Assembly: GCF_009834535.1 (NCBI RefSeq)
Contig: NC_045697.1
Coordinates: forward strand, 94,428,001 to 94,492,000
Source: Camelus ferus
Taxonomy: Eukaryota
DNA length: 64,000 nt
Direction of reading: 5' to 3'
Of this stretch, positions 12,560-25,200 are shown one piece after another; position 1 is the stretch's first letter, and each line of letters opens with the position of its first letter. Under the pieces are notes generated by a model. That model had not been told where the DNA came from, did not search any database, and saw nothing but the letters and a program-made list of their open reading frames with translations. The translations under genes and the position numbers were made by a program.

Positions 12560-12869
12560 TAACACTGGGTAAAAACCTTAGTGATTATCTCTCAACTTGG
12601 GGGTGGATTAAAAGGGTGCCAACTGGACTATTTCCTATAGCCTTTCTAACCATTTTACAAGACTATTCCTGCTTTTCTTTATCTCATAACTAGATGTGGT
12701 CTCTGGTGTAACCTTAAGGAAACTAGCTACTGGAAAAACTTGAATCACAAGATCTTGGAATTAAAGAGAATGCACTTGCTCAGTTACTTGCTCAATTAAA
12801 GTTGTTCTCTACTACAGCAGGAATAGTAGCAAGCATTAATTCAACAACTGAGCCCCTACCATGTTACAT
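12560..12869 (-). pseudogene. EBLM: Endogenous bornavirus-like matrix (M) gene remnant, roughly the N-terminal two-thirds
   Basis: SVVEL (from 12851) vs BoDV M SYVEL. TLIEQV..FQDLVIQVFPVASFLKVTPE (QDL..TPE at 12757-12701) vs TLMLEI..NQFLNIPFLSVKEPLQLPRE, ungapped with Q, L, I, V, L, E identical. RNSLVK (12670-12653) vs GHSLVN. ATGs at 12869 and 12862 lie just upstream. Reference recalled from memory. Confidence 0.75.
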
Positions 12870-12938
12870 TCACTAAACTATAACTGTAATACATTAAGAA
12901 CAATAATATGTTATGTACCTTCATGTATATATATATAT

Positions 12939-14577
12939 GGCGTAAAAGCAACAAACATGAAATCTGTATTTTCTAGGAAAAGGAAAGCCACTTTAAGGAA
13001 GAAGAGTGTTTACCTAGAGATTTCTTTTAGTGAGATTGGTATTATTAAATATATTTTAAAGATCATCAAAATGATCAATTTATTTGCCCAAGATAATATA
13101 ACTAGCAATCATTATAACTAAATTTTGAACTCAGATATTTATTTCAAACTCTTTCTTTAAATCACCAAATTATACGTTTTTTCTTTTATTATTCTTAGTC
13201 TGCTCATAACAACTTATCCCATACTCTAAGCAACCTATAAAGTATGGAAAGTTTGACTATATTCAAATTTTGAGAATAAAATATTCAATGTAACTGAACA
13301 TGGGAATTTTCTATTGAAAAGATACTGTTTCAACAGATTAAAGGTAGATTTTTTTTCCCTTGCCTGTTCAGTGGGAAATCTTCTTGCATTTTACATTTAC
13401 TTGCTACCTGTAAATCCAGATTATATTTTTGATTTTAAGACCATGTTTTATAGAATATTGAACAGGTTGGATTTAAATAGAATATCTCAGTATTTGCCAA
13501 AATCTTATCCAAAAATTGTTTTTCTGGAGATAGCCTAGCACACAAGAGTTACAGGCCAGTTCACAGACTCTTCTTATTTTAAAATCAACTAATCTCCATA
13601 TGGAGATATCTAAAAGCATAAATTTACATGAGGTCGTGAGATAATTCAAGTAGTAGAATCTGGGAGTTGGCAGTGAGGTGAATAGGATTTTTTTTATAAC
13701 AGTTCTCAAGGAATAATTCTCCTCAAGACTAATTTTAATTTTAAATCACATGAGCTGAATGACTATGCGAGTATATTGAGAGAAAGTCCAACATGGGCAT
13801 ATTTTCTAAGACAGCAGAAGGTCATTTCAAATACCTTACTTCTAGGAGAGTTATAAATTATTTGATTTTTATCCATAAAGATTTTTCTTTAAATTTAGTG
13901 CTAATTGTGCGCTTACTAAAAGGAGAGATAAATTAGCAAAGACAACTCATGATGTTGGGATTTTTTATGGGCTGCGTAAGAAGAAAGTTCTACTCCATTT
14001 TCCATTATTTCTTCTAACTTTGATAGCCAAGCGTGAACTAAATAACGATGAAAGTACTACTGCTACTACTGTTACCAGTAACAATAATCAATCGCCACTT
14101 TGTGTAATCCAAGTAAACATCAGGTCAGAAATACAGTTCACCAAGATACAGTGAAATGTTCATCTTAGTCTTTTCTGAAGATCTATTCTGAATATCAGGA
14201 AATTTTTTTTTAACTCCTAAAATTCTCCACAATTTTCAAAAAACATTTAAATATTAACATTGTGTTAAATATATGTTCCACCTAATGTCACTAAAATTCT
14301 ATTATTTTATGACATTTACCATCTCAGAGATCAACCTGCATTTTACATCCTTATAGAGAGGAAAATTTTTAACTCATTTATTTGATAGAATAAAATAAAA
14401 GTGAACTCCGAGTGAGAAGATTGTTTACATAGGGAACCAGTAATTTAAATTCCTGAACAATATAGCAAAGTAAAGCTATCTGGACCTAGGTGTAAAAGCA
14501 ACTAACATGCAATTTGTATTTTCTAGGAAAAGGAAAGCCACTTTAAGGAAGAAGAGTGTTTACCTACAGACTTCTTT
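12939..14577 (+). repeat. 89-bp direct repeat pair (12939-13027 and 14489-14577)
   Basis: Direct comparison gives 83/89 identical, ungapped. Confidence 0.9.
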
Positions 14578-16654
14578 AATAAATTCAGATTTTAAAAATG
14601 TCAGAAAAAATATTTAAAGTTTGGAAATAATGCAATATGGGTGGTACATCTTTTCAATGTCACAAAGGAGTGAAGTCCATCTAAGGGTGTTTTTTTGGGG
14701 GAAATGTACTTAACTCACCTCCTGTAGTCACTTGGAATGCTTAATTAGAATTCTGGGGAGATGTCAGATTTTTATTTATGAAACATTTTGATAACTGAAC
14801 TCATGGGAATGCATGACATTTCCAAAGGGGAGAAGAAAATGAAGAAAAGAGTATTACATTTTAACCCGGGAAATACCTCAGTTCAAGACAGGAAGAGAAT
14901 GAGGACTTATCAAGTCTCTTTATCATTCATTGAGTTATTTTTAGTTGAGCATCTGTTTGTACCCGACCATCTCCTAGATGCAGGAAATTATTGGGTAATG
15001 AGAGAAGTATAGAGGGGATCGTGTTACAGAGATGGAGTCTGAAAAGGGCTCCAAGTCTGATTTGGAGCAGGGATGGAGCAGGGCACAAGAGAAGACATCC
15101 TAAGGGGTGAGACAGCCAAAATGAGTCTTAAAAAGGATGATAGAGATTCTTTAAGTAAAGAAGAAAAAGGAAAGGAGGCTGATGTAAGGAAATATGAAAC
15201 ACTTGAAAACTCTGAATATTTTCATTTAAATGGACCATATTGGAAAAGGAAAAAGAAAATTAGTGGGTTGTCAGACTCAGGTGTGTCGCAAGTCTAGACT
15301 GCTCCTCTTGAATACTGGACTGCCTGTGCATTTTGCTTAAAATAGTGGCTAGGGTTGGTTGTTGATTGTATATGTGCTTATGAAATAGTTCATGACAAGC
15401 AGTCAATGACACAATAGCTATTTTTTTCTTAATTGCATCTGTCTCTCTCTTGAGAATAATGTAATGATTATGTTAACATATGGAAATTATCTTAAAGTAT
15501 ATCTCTGAAGAAATTCCATCCATACATTTTTAAATGCTTTCTCTTGTGACATTCTAATGAGGAAAATATAGACATTTAAAACAAATATCCAGTAGAAGCC
15601 TGTCAATATTACAAATGAACACTAAAAAAGAAAAGTGCGTAGTGATCGAACAAAACAGGTTTTTAGTTTTGAATGTTACACTGCTCTTAGTAAAACAGCA
15701 GTGAAATCCTAGGAAGTAATTACAATTTCCACGTAAACTTACTGCCATAAGTGAGCCCAGACCCCTGCTTAATCCTTTGACGATAAAGACACCACTCCTA
15801 CATATAAATACCCCATGTCTACCTGCAGGTGACAATGACATTTTATGAACTAGTGCTAACATATCAACCTTAAGGAAAATCTATTTAGTTCAATAAAATC
15901 TGCATCTTACTTTTTTTTTTTTTGGTTAACTAATTTTTATAGCAGTTTGATCACCTTTAAGATTAAACAGCACTTAAAAACTAAACAATCACTCTTGTTG
16001 AGATGTTTTTGTCATACATGTATCAAGTAATATACTTTCATGGTGTATTCTTGAAAGCAGGTATAGGAAGTGGGTTCTTGTCTGTTTGTCTAACAACAAC
16101 GTATAAGTTCTAAAAATATTCACTTGGACCATAAAGCTTTTGACATTAAAAAAATTTTTAAAAATAAGGCTTTTGAGCCTTTTTTCTAGAAATGTCACGT
16201 GATAGAATTTATGTGAGAGTGTACAGTCACAACAAAAGGCTATTAGGAAGAATGAGAAAAGATAGTGAAGAGTGAAGGACAGGTCAAGAAGGCTGCTGAG
16301 GCAACTGAAGTATCAGGTAGAGAGGCAACACCTGAAGCCAACACAGCAAGTCTTCCAGGCCAGCAGGTCCCAAACCCAGAATCCTGATCTTCTCAATTTA
16401 ACAGAGATTGCTTTCCTTTTCATCTAGAATCCTAATCTTCATTGTTGGCGTGCAAAAAAACTTGTGCTGCATTATTTAAAAAAATATGCTACAAACTCTA
16501 ACATCATTTCTAATTGTCCACGATCAGATGTCTGCGCTGCGTGTACACCAGAATTGTACGTATGACAAAGAACACATTTAAAACTTCACTTTGCGTAGCT
16601 GTAAAGTGGCAGCATGTTTGTGAAGAAGACGGTACTGGCTATCACTCAGAAAGA

Positions 16655-16820
16655 ACTGACTATGGGTTAAGCAGTGTTCTAAGTTCATTACATACATTAC
16701 TTCACTGGATCACCACCGTAACTCCAGACACAGATATTTATTACCACCTCTGTTTTCAGATGAAGGACTGAAGACCTCAGAGGTGGAGATGCTGGCCCAA
16801 AGTCACACAGCTGAAAAATA
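16655..16820 (-). mobile_element. MIR SINE
   Basis: tgttttcagatgaaggactgaagacctcagaggtgg..gcccaaagtcacacagct is the antisense MIR core. Confidence 0.7.
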
Positions 16821-17219
16821 GAGCTAATGAACATATAACGAGGGGAACAGGTCCTGGCACATAGTAGGTTCAATGCAATCACTGGCTCTCATCTCCCAGG
16901 AAGACATACAGAGGGTTTCTGTCTCGTAAAACAGGTGGTCTTGCCCTGGACAGGGGTCCTGTATGGAGGCTACGCTGAGTCTGCAGCATTGACTAAATAC
17001 AGATACTATTTTTTATATATATATTTTGTAGGATCACTATGCTTTGCTTTGCAGACATGAGTTCTGTCTAAATTGGCAGAATGACGTGAGCAATAAATTA
17101 TCTAAAATTAAAAAATAGTTAAGAGAAATATACATTCAAATGCCAACAATTTTATTGTCCTTTTTGTGAAAAATTTGATATGTATTTTGAATTCTTGGTC
17201 TACAAGTCAGAGTAGGCAC

Positions 17220-17787
17220 TATAGGGGAGAAGAAAATATTTTTCCTGTTTTCTCTTAGGTTTACTGATTGGGATCCTATAAATTAGGCTGGCAAAAGGTA
17301 GATTAATAGGAGAAAAACAAACAAAAGTTCATTAGTATGTTCATTTCATGTACCCATGGGAGTGTTCAGTGATGAGTAACTCAAAGCAGTGGTGAGAACT
17401 TGGGCTTTTACAGCATTTCAACAAAAGAACAATATATTTTGTATAAAAGTCAGAAGACAGAGGACAAGGACTTTCCAGAGGCAGCAAATTGCAGGAGGGT
17501 AAACATACTGGTAAAACTAATGAAAGATAAGTGCTAGTTAGTAAGGTTTCTTAAATAGATTTCTCTGTTGTCCTCTTTGAGCTGATAAATGTCCAGAGTT
17601 GTCTCCAGTGATTAACTTCTGTCCCAGTAAAGAAATAATTAACTATTAAAAAATTTTATCCCGATTTTAGGTAAAAAAGGGAAAGGCAAAGAGCTTTTCT
17701 TGTATCTATTTCTCAGTTGTCTTTAGCTCAAAATAATCAATATGCCAAAGTGACATATTTTGGAGTGACATATTCTGATATCATTCA
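17220..17787 (-). mobile_element. ERV1 solo LTR, MER34-like
   Basis: ctcaaaataatcaatatgccaaagtgacatattttggagtgacatattctgat..ttca terminus; homologous to the LTR at 11979-12559. Confidence 0.75.
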
Positions 17788-18589
17788 GTATTTTCTGTTT
17801 TATTTTGGTAATAAATAAATTGTTAAGAAAATTGAGATCTTTATTTAAAGAGATATGGGAAATATCAGAAAACTGAATTTAAATCAAAGCCTTATGACTG
17901 TGTTTCACAGTAAGGTATACATGCTTACTCTGTAAGCTATTTGTGACATCACTAATATATGTTCCTTCATCTATCCTGTTCGATAGAGTATTTAAGGAAA
18001 TTAGATTATTTTTCTGCACTATTCATTTATTTTAGCTTTCTCAAATGATTAATAGGCATTCCATCAATTAAGAAAAAAATTACTTCTATAAAAATGTTCA
18101 AAATATTTCCAGAATAAAGTGACTACAATGATTACTTATTCCAGGAATATATGCAGGCATACACCCTTATATATTCACAGTCTTAACTTCCTTTTCTACT
18201 GTCATTAACTTTCTACTTCTGATAATAATTTTGTTAGTAATTTTTTTTCATATGTAAGTTTTTAACATGAAGTAGAGCATGTCTTAGAACTTGAATTTCC
18301 CTGTGTTCTTTATTAGTAAGAGGAGATTGTTTTCACAATGAATGATAGGCAAATCTACAACATACAGCATTGTTTCTTTAGCTACCAAAAAAGTAATATT
18401 TTCAACCCTTTAAACATTTTTGAAAACTAATTTTACTGTCTTTCACTTTTAGAATACTCATAGCTAGCATTCAGAGCCTACTATGTGCTGGGTATGGTGG
18501 AAAATACATAATCAGTTTTATATAATTTATTTTAAATATCATAACAACTCTATGAGGAGGTAGGTTTATTTCTTAAAGTTGTTAATCTT

Positions 18590-18914
18590 TTTTCCCTATG
18601 ATTTTGACTATTTTGTTTTATTTATCTTTGTAAATTACTCCATTCAAAGTTATTATAAAATATTGGCTATATTCCCTGTGCAACATATTCTTTTAGCTTA
18701 TTTATTTCGTACATTGTAGTTTTTACCTCTTAGTTCCCTGCCCCTATCTTGTCCCTTCCCCTTCCGTCTCCCCACTGGTAACCACTAGTTCATTCTCTGT
18801 ATCTATGAGTCTGCTTCTGTTTTGTTATATTCATTCCTTTGTTCTATTTTTTAGAGTCCACATATAAGTGATAACATACAGTATTTGTCTTTCCTTTTCT
18901 GACTTATTTCACTA
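18590..18914 (-). mobile_element. L1 3' end fragment (artiodactyl-type)
   Basis: cccactggtaaccactag..tatgagtctgcttctgttttg..ccacatataagtgataacatacagtatttgtcttt..tgacttatttcact. Confidence 0.75.
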
Positions 18915-21332
18915 TTAAAGTTATTCGTCTTATTGAATGCATTTATTAATCAGATTGATTAATCAAGCTATTCAAATTAATGTATAGGTCTGTAATCTAT
19001 TTCTTCCATGCCTGTGAAACTAAAATTCTCTTTCTTAATACACTAATGATGTCCTTAAGGCTTCCCTGTAAATTTATTAGCTTAAAAATAGCAAAGTCCC
19101 ATTTTTATGTGGATATACTTGTAAATCAACCTGGAATTTATAGATTTATGGCACATGGCTGGCTGGAGAATGGGCTTAATCACCTAAGCACTTTTCCTGT
19201 CTGAGTGCTTACGGGAGTCAAAACAGAGAAGTTAAACAGCTTTAAAAGCTCTTTGTTGATCAATGTTCCCACACACATTACTCCACAAAACCAAAGGCAC
19301 TATAATGTGGAAAAGGACAGGCATTTTTTGAGAGCAGAATTTGCTGCATCTCTTAGTCCTTGAAGAAAAAATGTTTCTCTGTTCTAGAGCTGTGGTATCA
19401 TTTGAATCCATGATAAAGTTTGGTGCTGGGTAAGATCACACGGGTCTACTGTGAAAAATCAGCATTACACATTTGTACTAACACAATGGAATATACTGTT
19501 TTTTTTCTTGTGGTGTTCCCTAATAGAAAGAAATACAGCCAACTAGACACCTACATATGGATCAGAAGGTGTTCACTCAGCCCTGTCTATTCAAATATCA
19601 TCTATGTTTATGTATGTTAATTTATTTGTATTCTCCACAAGAAGTAAAATGATCAGACACATGTGATTTATTTGGTGACTGTTTATCAACGAAGCCAAAT
19701 TCATCCATTTATATCAGGACCCAGAGGGCTGAAGCTTATCTCTTTGCTACCATTTTATCCTCAGAATTTAATACAGATCTTTACTAAGTCCACATTCAAC
19801 AAATGTATTGACTGAAACACTGCAAATTTACAAAATTATTTAAATTTGAAATTAGATAATTTAATAAAAGTCATGTTCTTTAGTATTTCTCTTTCAAAAC
19901 TATTTTAAAAAGCAAAAAAAGGTTAATATCATATGCATTAGTTATTAGATCTAGGATAGAAAGATCCCACCATATAAGGGCTTTTAAGAAATACAGAAAA
20001 ATATATACTGATATGAGAATTTGACTATGAATATTAACTGTATTAAATATATTAAATACAGAAAAATATTTCTTAAAGTATCAACTGACTCTATCTTTAA
20101 GCTTAATATCAAGTATGTTAAAAATGGTAAAAGTTTAGTAATCTGATTAAGAAGACATTACAACTGAAACTGTTTCATAGAATAAATGAAATACACTGTT
20201 TTTTTTAAGGAAAATATTAACACTTGCAAAAGTTTAATAATTAGGCAATGAATATTTATTAGAATTACTGATTAAGAAGAAGAGCATAATTCAAGATTTT
20301 CCATTTTAAATGTCACAATTTGTTTCTTGCATTTTTTTTCCCTCTTAAATTCTATGTATTTTGTTTCAAATCTGTGAACTTTAGAGACCACCTCTCTTTT
20401 GTTAGAATAACATCTTCTAATATTTACTTGTAACTATTTCTCTTCTTATGTATAAACTTTAGATGTTAAATTCAAATTTTATTTAAAATTCACCCACGGC
20501 CTCCGTGGAGGAACAGAATATCTATCTAGACTCATTTAAGTGAAAGAAGTTCTACTTGTATCTTGTCTCTTTGCTGACATCCCCTATTCATTACAGAATC
20601 GCTGACACTGGCCACATTCCAATATGTGAATGGCTGGAAGAAATTTTCCTTTCCTAAATTGTTTTTTGTCTTTCTTCCCTATGTGCCCAGCAAATGGAGT
20701 GTCATGGACCAATTTATAGTAGTTATGTTCTGTCCGGCGAGGACACAATTTGTTGACATTCTCCATTTTTTCCCCATATGAACATGAATCTCTTCTAGAT
20801 ACAGCAAAGACATTGATTTTTCATGTTACCTCTACTAGTCCAGCTCTATTCTGGGCAACAGTTTCCTAACGGACAGATCCTTTCCGATGTGGTGAGAAAT
20901 GTCACCTCTCTGCCACATCCAGTCACCTTATGTACATTAAGAAACGCTTCAAAAAGTCAAGGACATGTTTTCTGTAATAGAAACTCCCCCCAAAACTGTG
21001 ACTCAGTGAAATAAAAAAGTAAAATAAAAAATATAAATAGTTGTTATAATGAGTACAGGAAATGGTATGCTAATGAAGCTAAAGGTCTTTCCAACAGAAC
21101 TTTCAAAGCCTGTGATACACTAATATAAACCTGTCCATCCTAGCATAAGATAGAGGATCAAACTGATTTGAGATCGGATTTATTTTTTTCCCCAAACTTT
21201 TTCAGTACAAATATTCCTTGAACACAAGGAATTACGCCATACCCTGGCTTGATGTCCAGTATCTATTTTAACACACTTCTAGCTAAGAGCCTTTCTCCTA
21301 TCTATTCTGATTTTTTTTTCTTTTTTTTTAGG

Positions 21333-22224
21333 TGAAGGATAGAAAAATATACCACCCCAAAATATGCTGCTTTGGAGCTGTAGGCACTTGAAAAACAACA
21401 AAAGCAGAGAGAAGCTTTCTCTTGTTAAAGTGATTAAACGCGGAGACCGTTAGGCTGAGGGCTCTAAAGACCTGGCAGCCTGGAGGAGCAAACAGGAACC
21501 TCAGCCAGAGTGAATTCCTATAAATGCCTCAAGATTAAGAAATCATACCTAAAAACAAGCAATCACAAACAGACAGCTAGTCTTCCCCAAATAAGGCAAT
21601 CACCTAAGCTATAGCCAGTCGAATTACCTTTACGTGCTTTTGCTTCCCATCTGCTCTGCAAAAGTCTTTCCTGGGCGCCTAGTCACTTCCAGTTTGGTGT
21701 TGCCCTACTGGAATCAGATCTCTGCTAAAATAAACTCTTGAAAATTTAAGTGTGCCTCAGTTTGCTGTTTAATACTCTGAGCTCCCTTTAATTTGCCTAA
21801 AGACAGTCAGAGCCTCCAAAAGGAATTCAGTTGTCAAAAACCTCCCCTCCAGCAGTTCCATCCACCAGGGAAGACTGACTCATCACAAGAGAGGGGGCTG
21901 GAATTGGGCCCACATCCAGACAGACTGTCACAATCACACCTCCCGTCACGCTCCTAAGGGTCCATTTTGTCCTTCCTAAAAATCATTTTCTCTCTCCTAA
22001 GAGGACCACATGCCCCTTCCCCTTTCCTTGTGAAGATGGTATTTGATCAAGAATTCCAAGCCACCTCAAGGAGTTACTCATTTTCCCCTGAGTATCTCCC
22101 ATGTACCTATAAGGTATTCAGGTTAATAATCTTCTGTTTGTTTTTCTCTTGTTAATTTATCTTACAGGCCTCTCAGTTGAGAACTCAGAAAGGTAGCGAG
22201 GGAAATCATTCTTTCTTTCCTGCG
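21333..22224 (+). mobile_element. MER34-like ERV1 LTR carrying a nested LTR
   Basis: Starts tgaaggatagaaaaatataccaccccaaaatatgc; TSD TAGG (21329-21332 and 22225-22228). Confidence 0.75.
21423..21774 (+). mobile_element. Nested ERV1 solo LTR
   Basis: TG start, AATAAA near 21729, TSD CTCT (21419-21422 and 21775-21778). Confidence 0.75.
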
Positions 22225-25200
22225 TAGGCTTTACAAAATGGTTTATAATGAGACTCACATATCACAGCACATGAATTTTATTTTTTCTGATTCTTTTTGT
22301 TGTACGTTGCTCAGTGACTCTGCCTCATCACCCCCACTTAATGAAGGCAGTTTTTACATGTCAGCCTGTCTAGACTGTCTGGCATTCTTGTAGACGGTCA
22401 TTGATCCTCTTTTCAGCTGTGACTCATGAACCCTGGCTATGATGTCTGAGACTTCCATTCTCTACTGACGTATCATCAACTGTTTTCTTTCAAGTTTTAT
22501 CATAGGGAATCATTTACATATCTTAAAAAACTCATCTTTGTCCCACTTAATACAAACTATTTTATCAACAGAATCATTAAATGTGGTATTTTTGGCTTAA
22601 GAAAAAAATCAAAATATTCATTTATATGTGTTTGAGTATGATAGAAATTTAAGTGAATTTTTCTCCAGCCATCTGAACTTTTATATGGTTTCAAATTTTG
22701 AAATGAACTAGTTTAAATTTCAATGTAACTTTTATGTCATGGCTTTATCTGATATTATATTTTGGCCACAAAGGATTTTGAAATCATTTTCACAACATTT
22801 TTAGTGGTTCAACTGTTTCATTCCTAAAATTATTTATTTTCCTTATGGTGCCTAATAACATTTTATTATGTTCTTTTGTGCCATTTTATGACATATTCTG
22901 AAACATAATCATTTTGTTGTCACTCACTTTGTTGATGTCAATATTGAACAATAATAAAAATGTAATGACCTGTTTTAATAAGCCTATTATAAGCATTCAG
23001 GTATCATGATCTCTATTATGATCTGATATTCATAAGTGGGACTAGACAGTTTATGAAGAGTAAATAACTGAGTAGTACTATGTTTGTAACCTCAGAGATA
23101 AAATAAATGGTTGTGCATGAGAAATAAGAAAGTGAACACACAACACACTGGTGGTCGCTGCTGCTTTTTAGCTTCTGAGAAATGATTGCAAGTCCATTAG
23201 GTTCTATAAAGCACTGAATTTCATGAGCAGTTAGTGCTAATGGCTTTGTACTATAAGACATCCCTGGGTGTTTGCAGTAATGGCAATAAAGTTTAGGTGA
23301 TATCAAGGCTACACTTGATAAATCTGACTGACGTCTGTGAAGAATACAGTGAAGAGTAATTGTAAGGTAATTACGGATAATTTTACATAAGAAGTTATAG
23401 CAAGAACAAATTTATGGATTGAACCACAAAATGCATTTAGAATGAGAATGCAAATGTCAACTATTAACGATTACTATGTAACTCTGAAGGAGGTGGTGAG
23501 AAGGATCTGAATGACACAGGTCATGAGGCGTATGCATACGCACGACAGCAAAATCATGCTAAACAAGTTCTTGAAATGACAAGTGCATCATTTTAAAATA
23601 CATGATGTATTATCAGTAAGCATTCCTACTTCTAGGAAATTAGTTAGAACCCAGAAAGTAACCTTGTTCCGCTCCTGCATCTTTCTTTTAGATAGAAAAT
23701 GACAGTAAGGGTATGTATGGTGGAACCAAATGAAGTTTTACTTTCAATTAAAGTGTTAGGATATGAAATAGTATATCATCCTTTCAGCAGAGAAGGAAAT
23801 GTTAAACAGCTACCTCATGTCCAGGGTATTGAGTGCCTTTTAGGTCTCCTGTCTCTTCAGTACAACCTCTTTTTATGGTACTGATGTAAATACAGTACTT
23901 TACTGTAAATATTTTACTTTTATTAAAGTATAATGTCCTTTGCCTTAATACTTTTTTGAACTAAACATCTATTTGTTCAGGTAATAGCATAGCCAACCCA
24001 GCTCTATTCTGGTTACTACTTGTCTTTTTCCATCCTTTTACTTTAAATCTCTTTTTAACTATGTAAGATTATTTGTGGTTATTGTAATATACTATTCATT
24101 TTTTTCAGTTTTTTTCCACATACTAGATGCATTGTGTTTTAAGTCACCATAATTTCTAATTCAGAAGACTGGGCATTAAGAATTTTTCATTTCTTAATAT
24201 AGAAATACTTACATTTTTACTTTAGTCAAAAATTCAAGGCATTCCAACTATAAAATACATTATGCAAAAATATTTTACTTAAATTGAAGTTAGCTATATA
24301 TGAATTATGAAACTCTACTTTTAGAACTAATTCATATAAGAGATTGAGACTAACAGTATTCTAACAGGCTAAAAGCCCTGAAAATTGTTATTTGTCAGCA
24401 TATGATTTCTTTCTGTGCTTAAATTTTACATCTTGAAAATGATTATTAAAGGCATTATCTTAATATTTCAGGATAAAATATTGTAGTTAACTAGTTTCAC
24501 AAACTTTTGTGTTAGGGTTGAATTTTAATACATTGGTCTTTTAGGAAATAAAAATGAAGACCATTTTCCTTTCTCTTAAGTGACTTTTGGTTTGGTCTTA
24601 CTTGTCATCGCTAACAACTCTTCTGAAAGCTAGTCTTACTCATTTTTCTTTTCACCAGTGGCTGATTTACATCCATTATTGACACTGAGTTACTGAGAAA
24701 CATGAAACAAACAAAAAAAGGAAAAAAAAAGTATGATTCAGGTAATTATAGTGATGATACCCTTTGTACTAAACATTTTAAAGTTATGTGGGAAATACTA
24801 AAATACTATTACACCACAACGATGCATGTTCATTTTCTCCTTAACATCCTTCTTCCTTTTTAATCACACCAAGTACATTATAGGAAATCTTCCTAAATTT
24901 ACTTACAGTGAAGAACAACCATAGGTCATGGGACTAGAGCTCTCTTTCTGAAGGCTGCTAAAAAGGTCTTTCTTTAATGGCAAACAGCTTTTACTAACTT
25001 CCTGGGATTCCAGAAATGCTAATCAGCAATTCTAGTCTGCAGCACATTTATTACACCCTGACATGCTGAAGACAGCCAGTTACAAATAGAACTGCCTCTT
25101 GAAAAATGCTGCTCCAGTGTTTTATAATAAAGTGAACCAATTAGATGCATTCATTAGGACAAACTGCTTGTCTTTTCTCATATTAGAGCTTTTAAAACAG

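Larger units (their letters stand above)
10599..12871 (-). other. Endogenous bornavirus-like element (M-G-[L] fragment with poly(A) tail), interrupted by an ERV LTR at 11979-12559
   Basis: Manual minus-strand translation gives about ten collinear motif matches to Borna disease virus M, G and the L N-terminus, in viral gene order. A 15-nt T-run on + (10599-10613) forms a poly(A) tail on -. Many stops and frameshifts. Confidence 0.85.
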
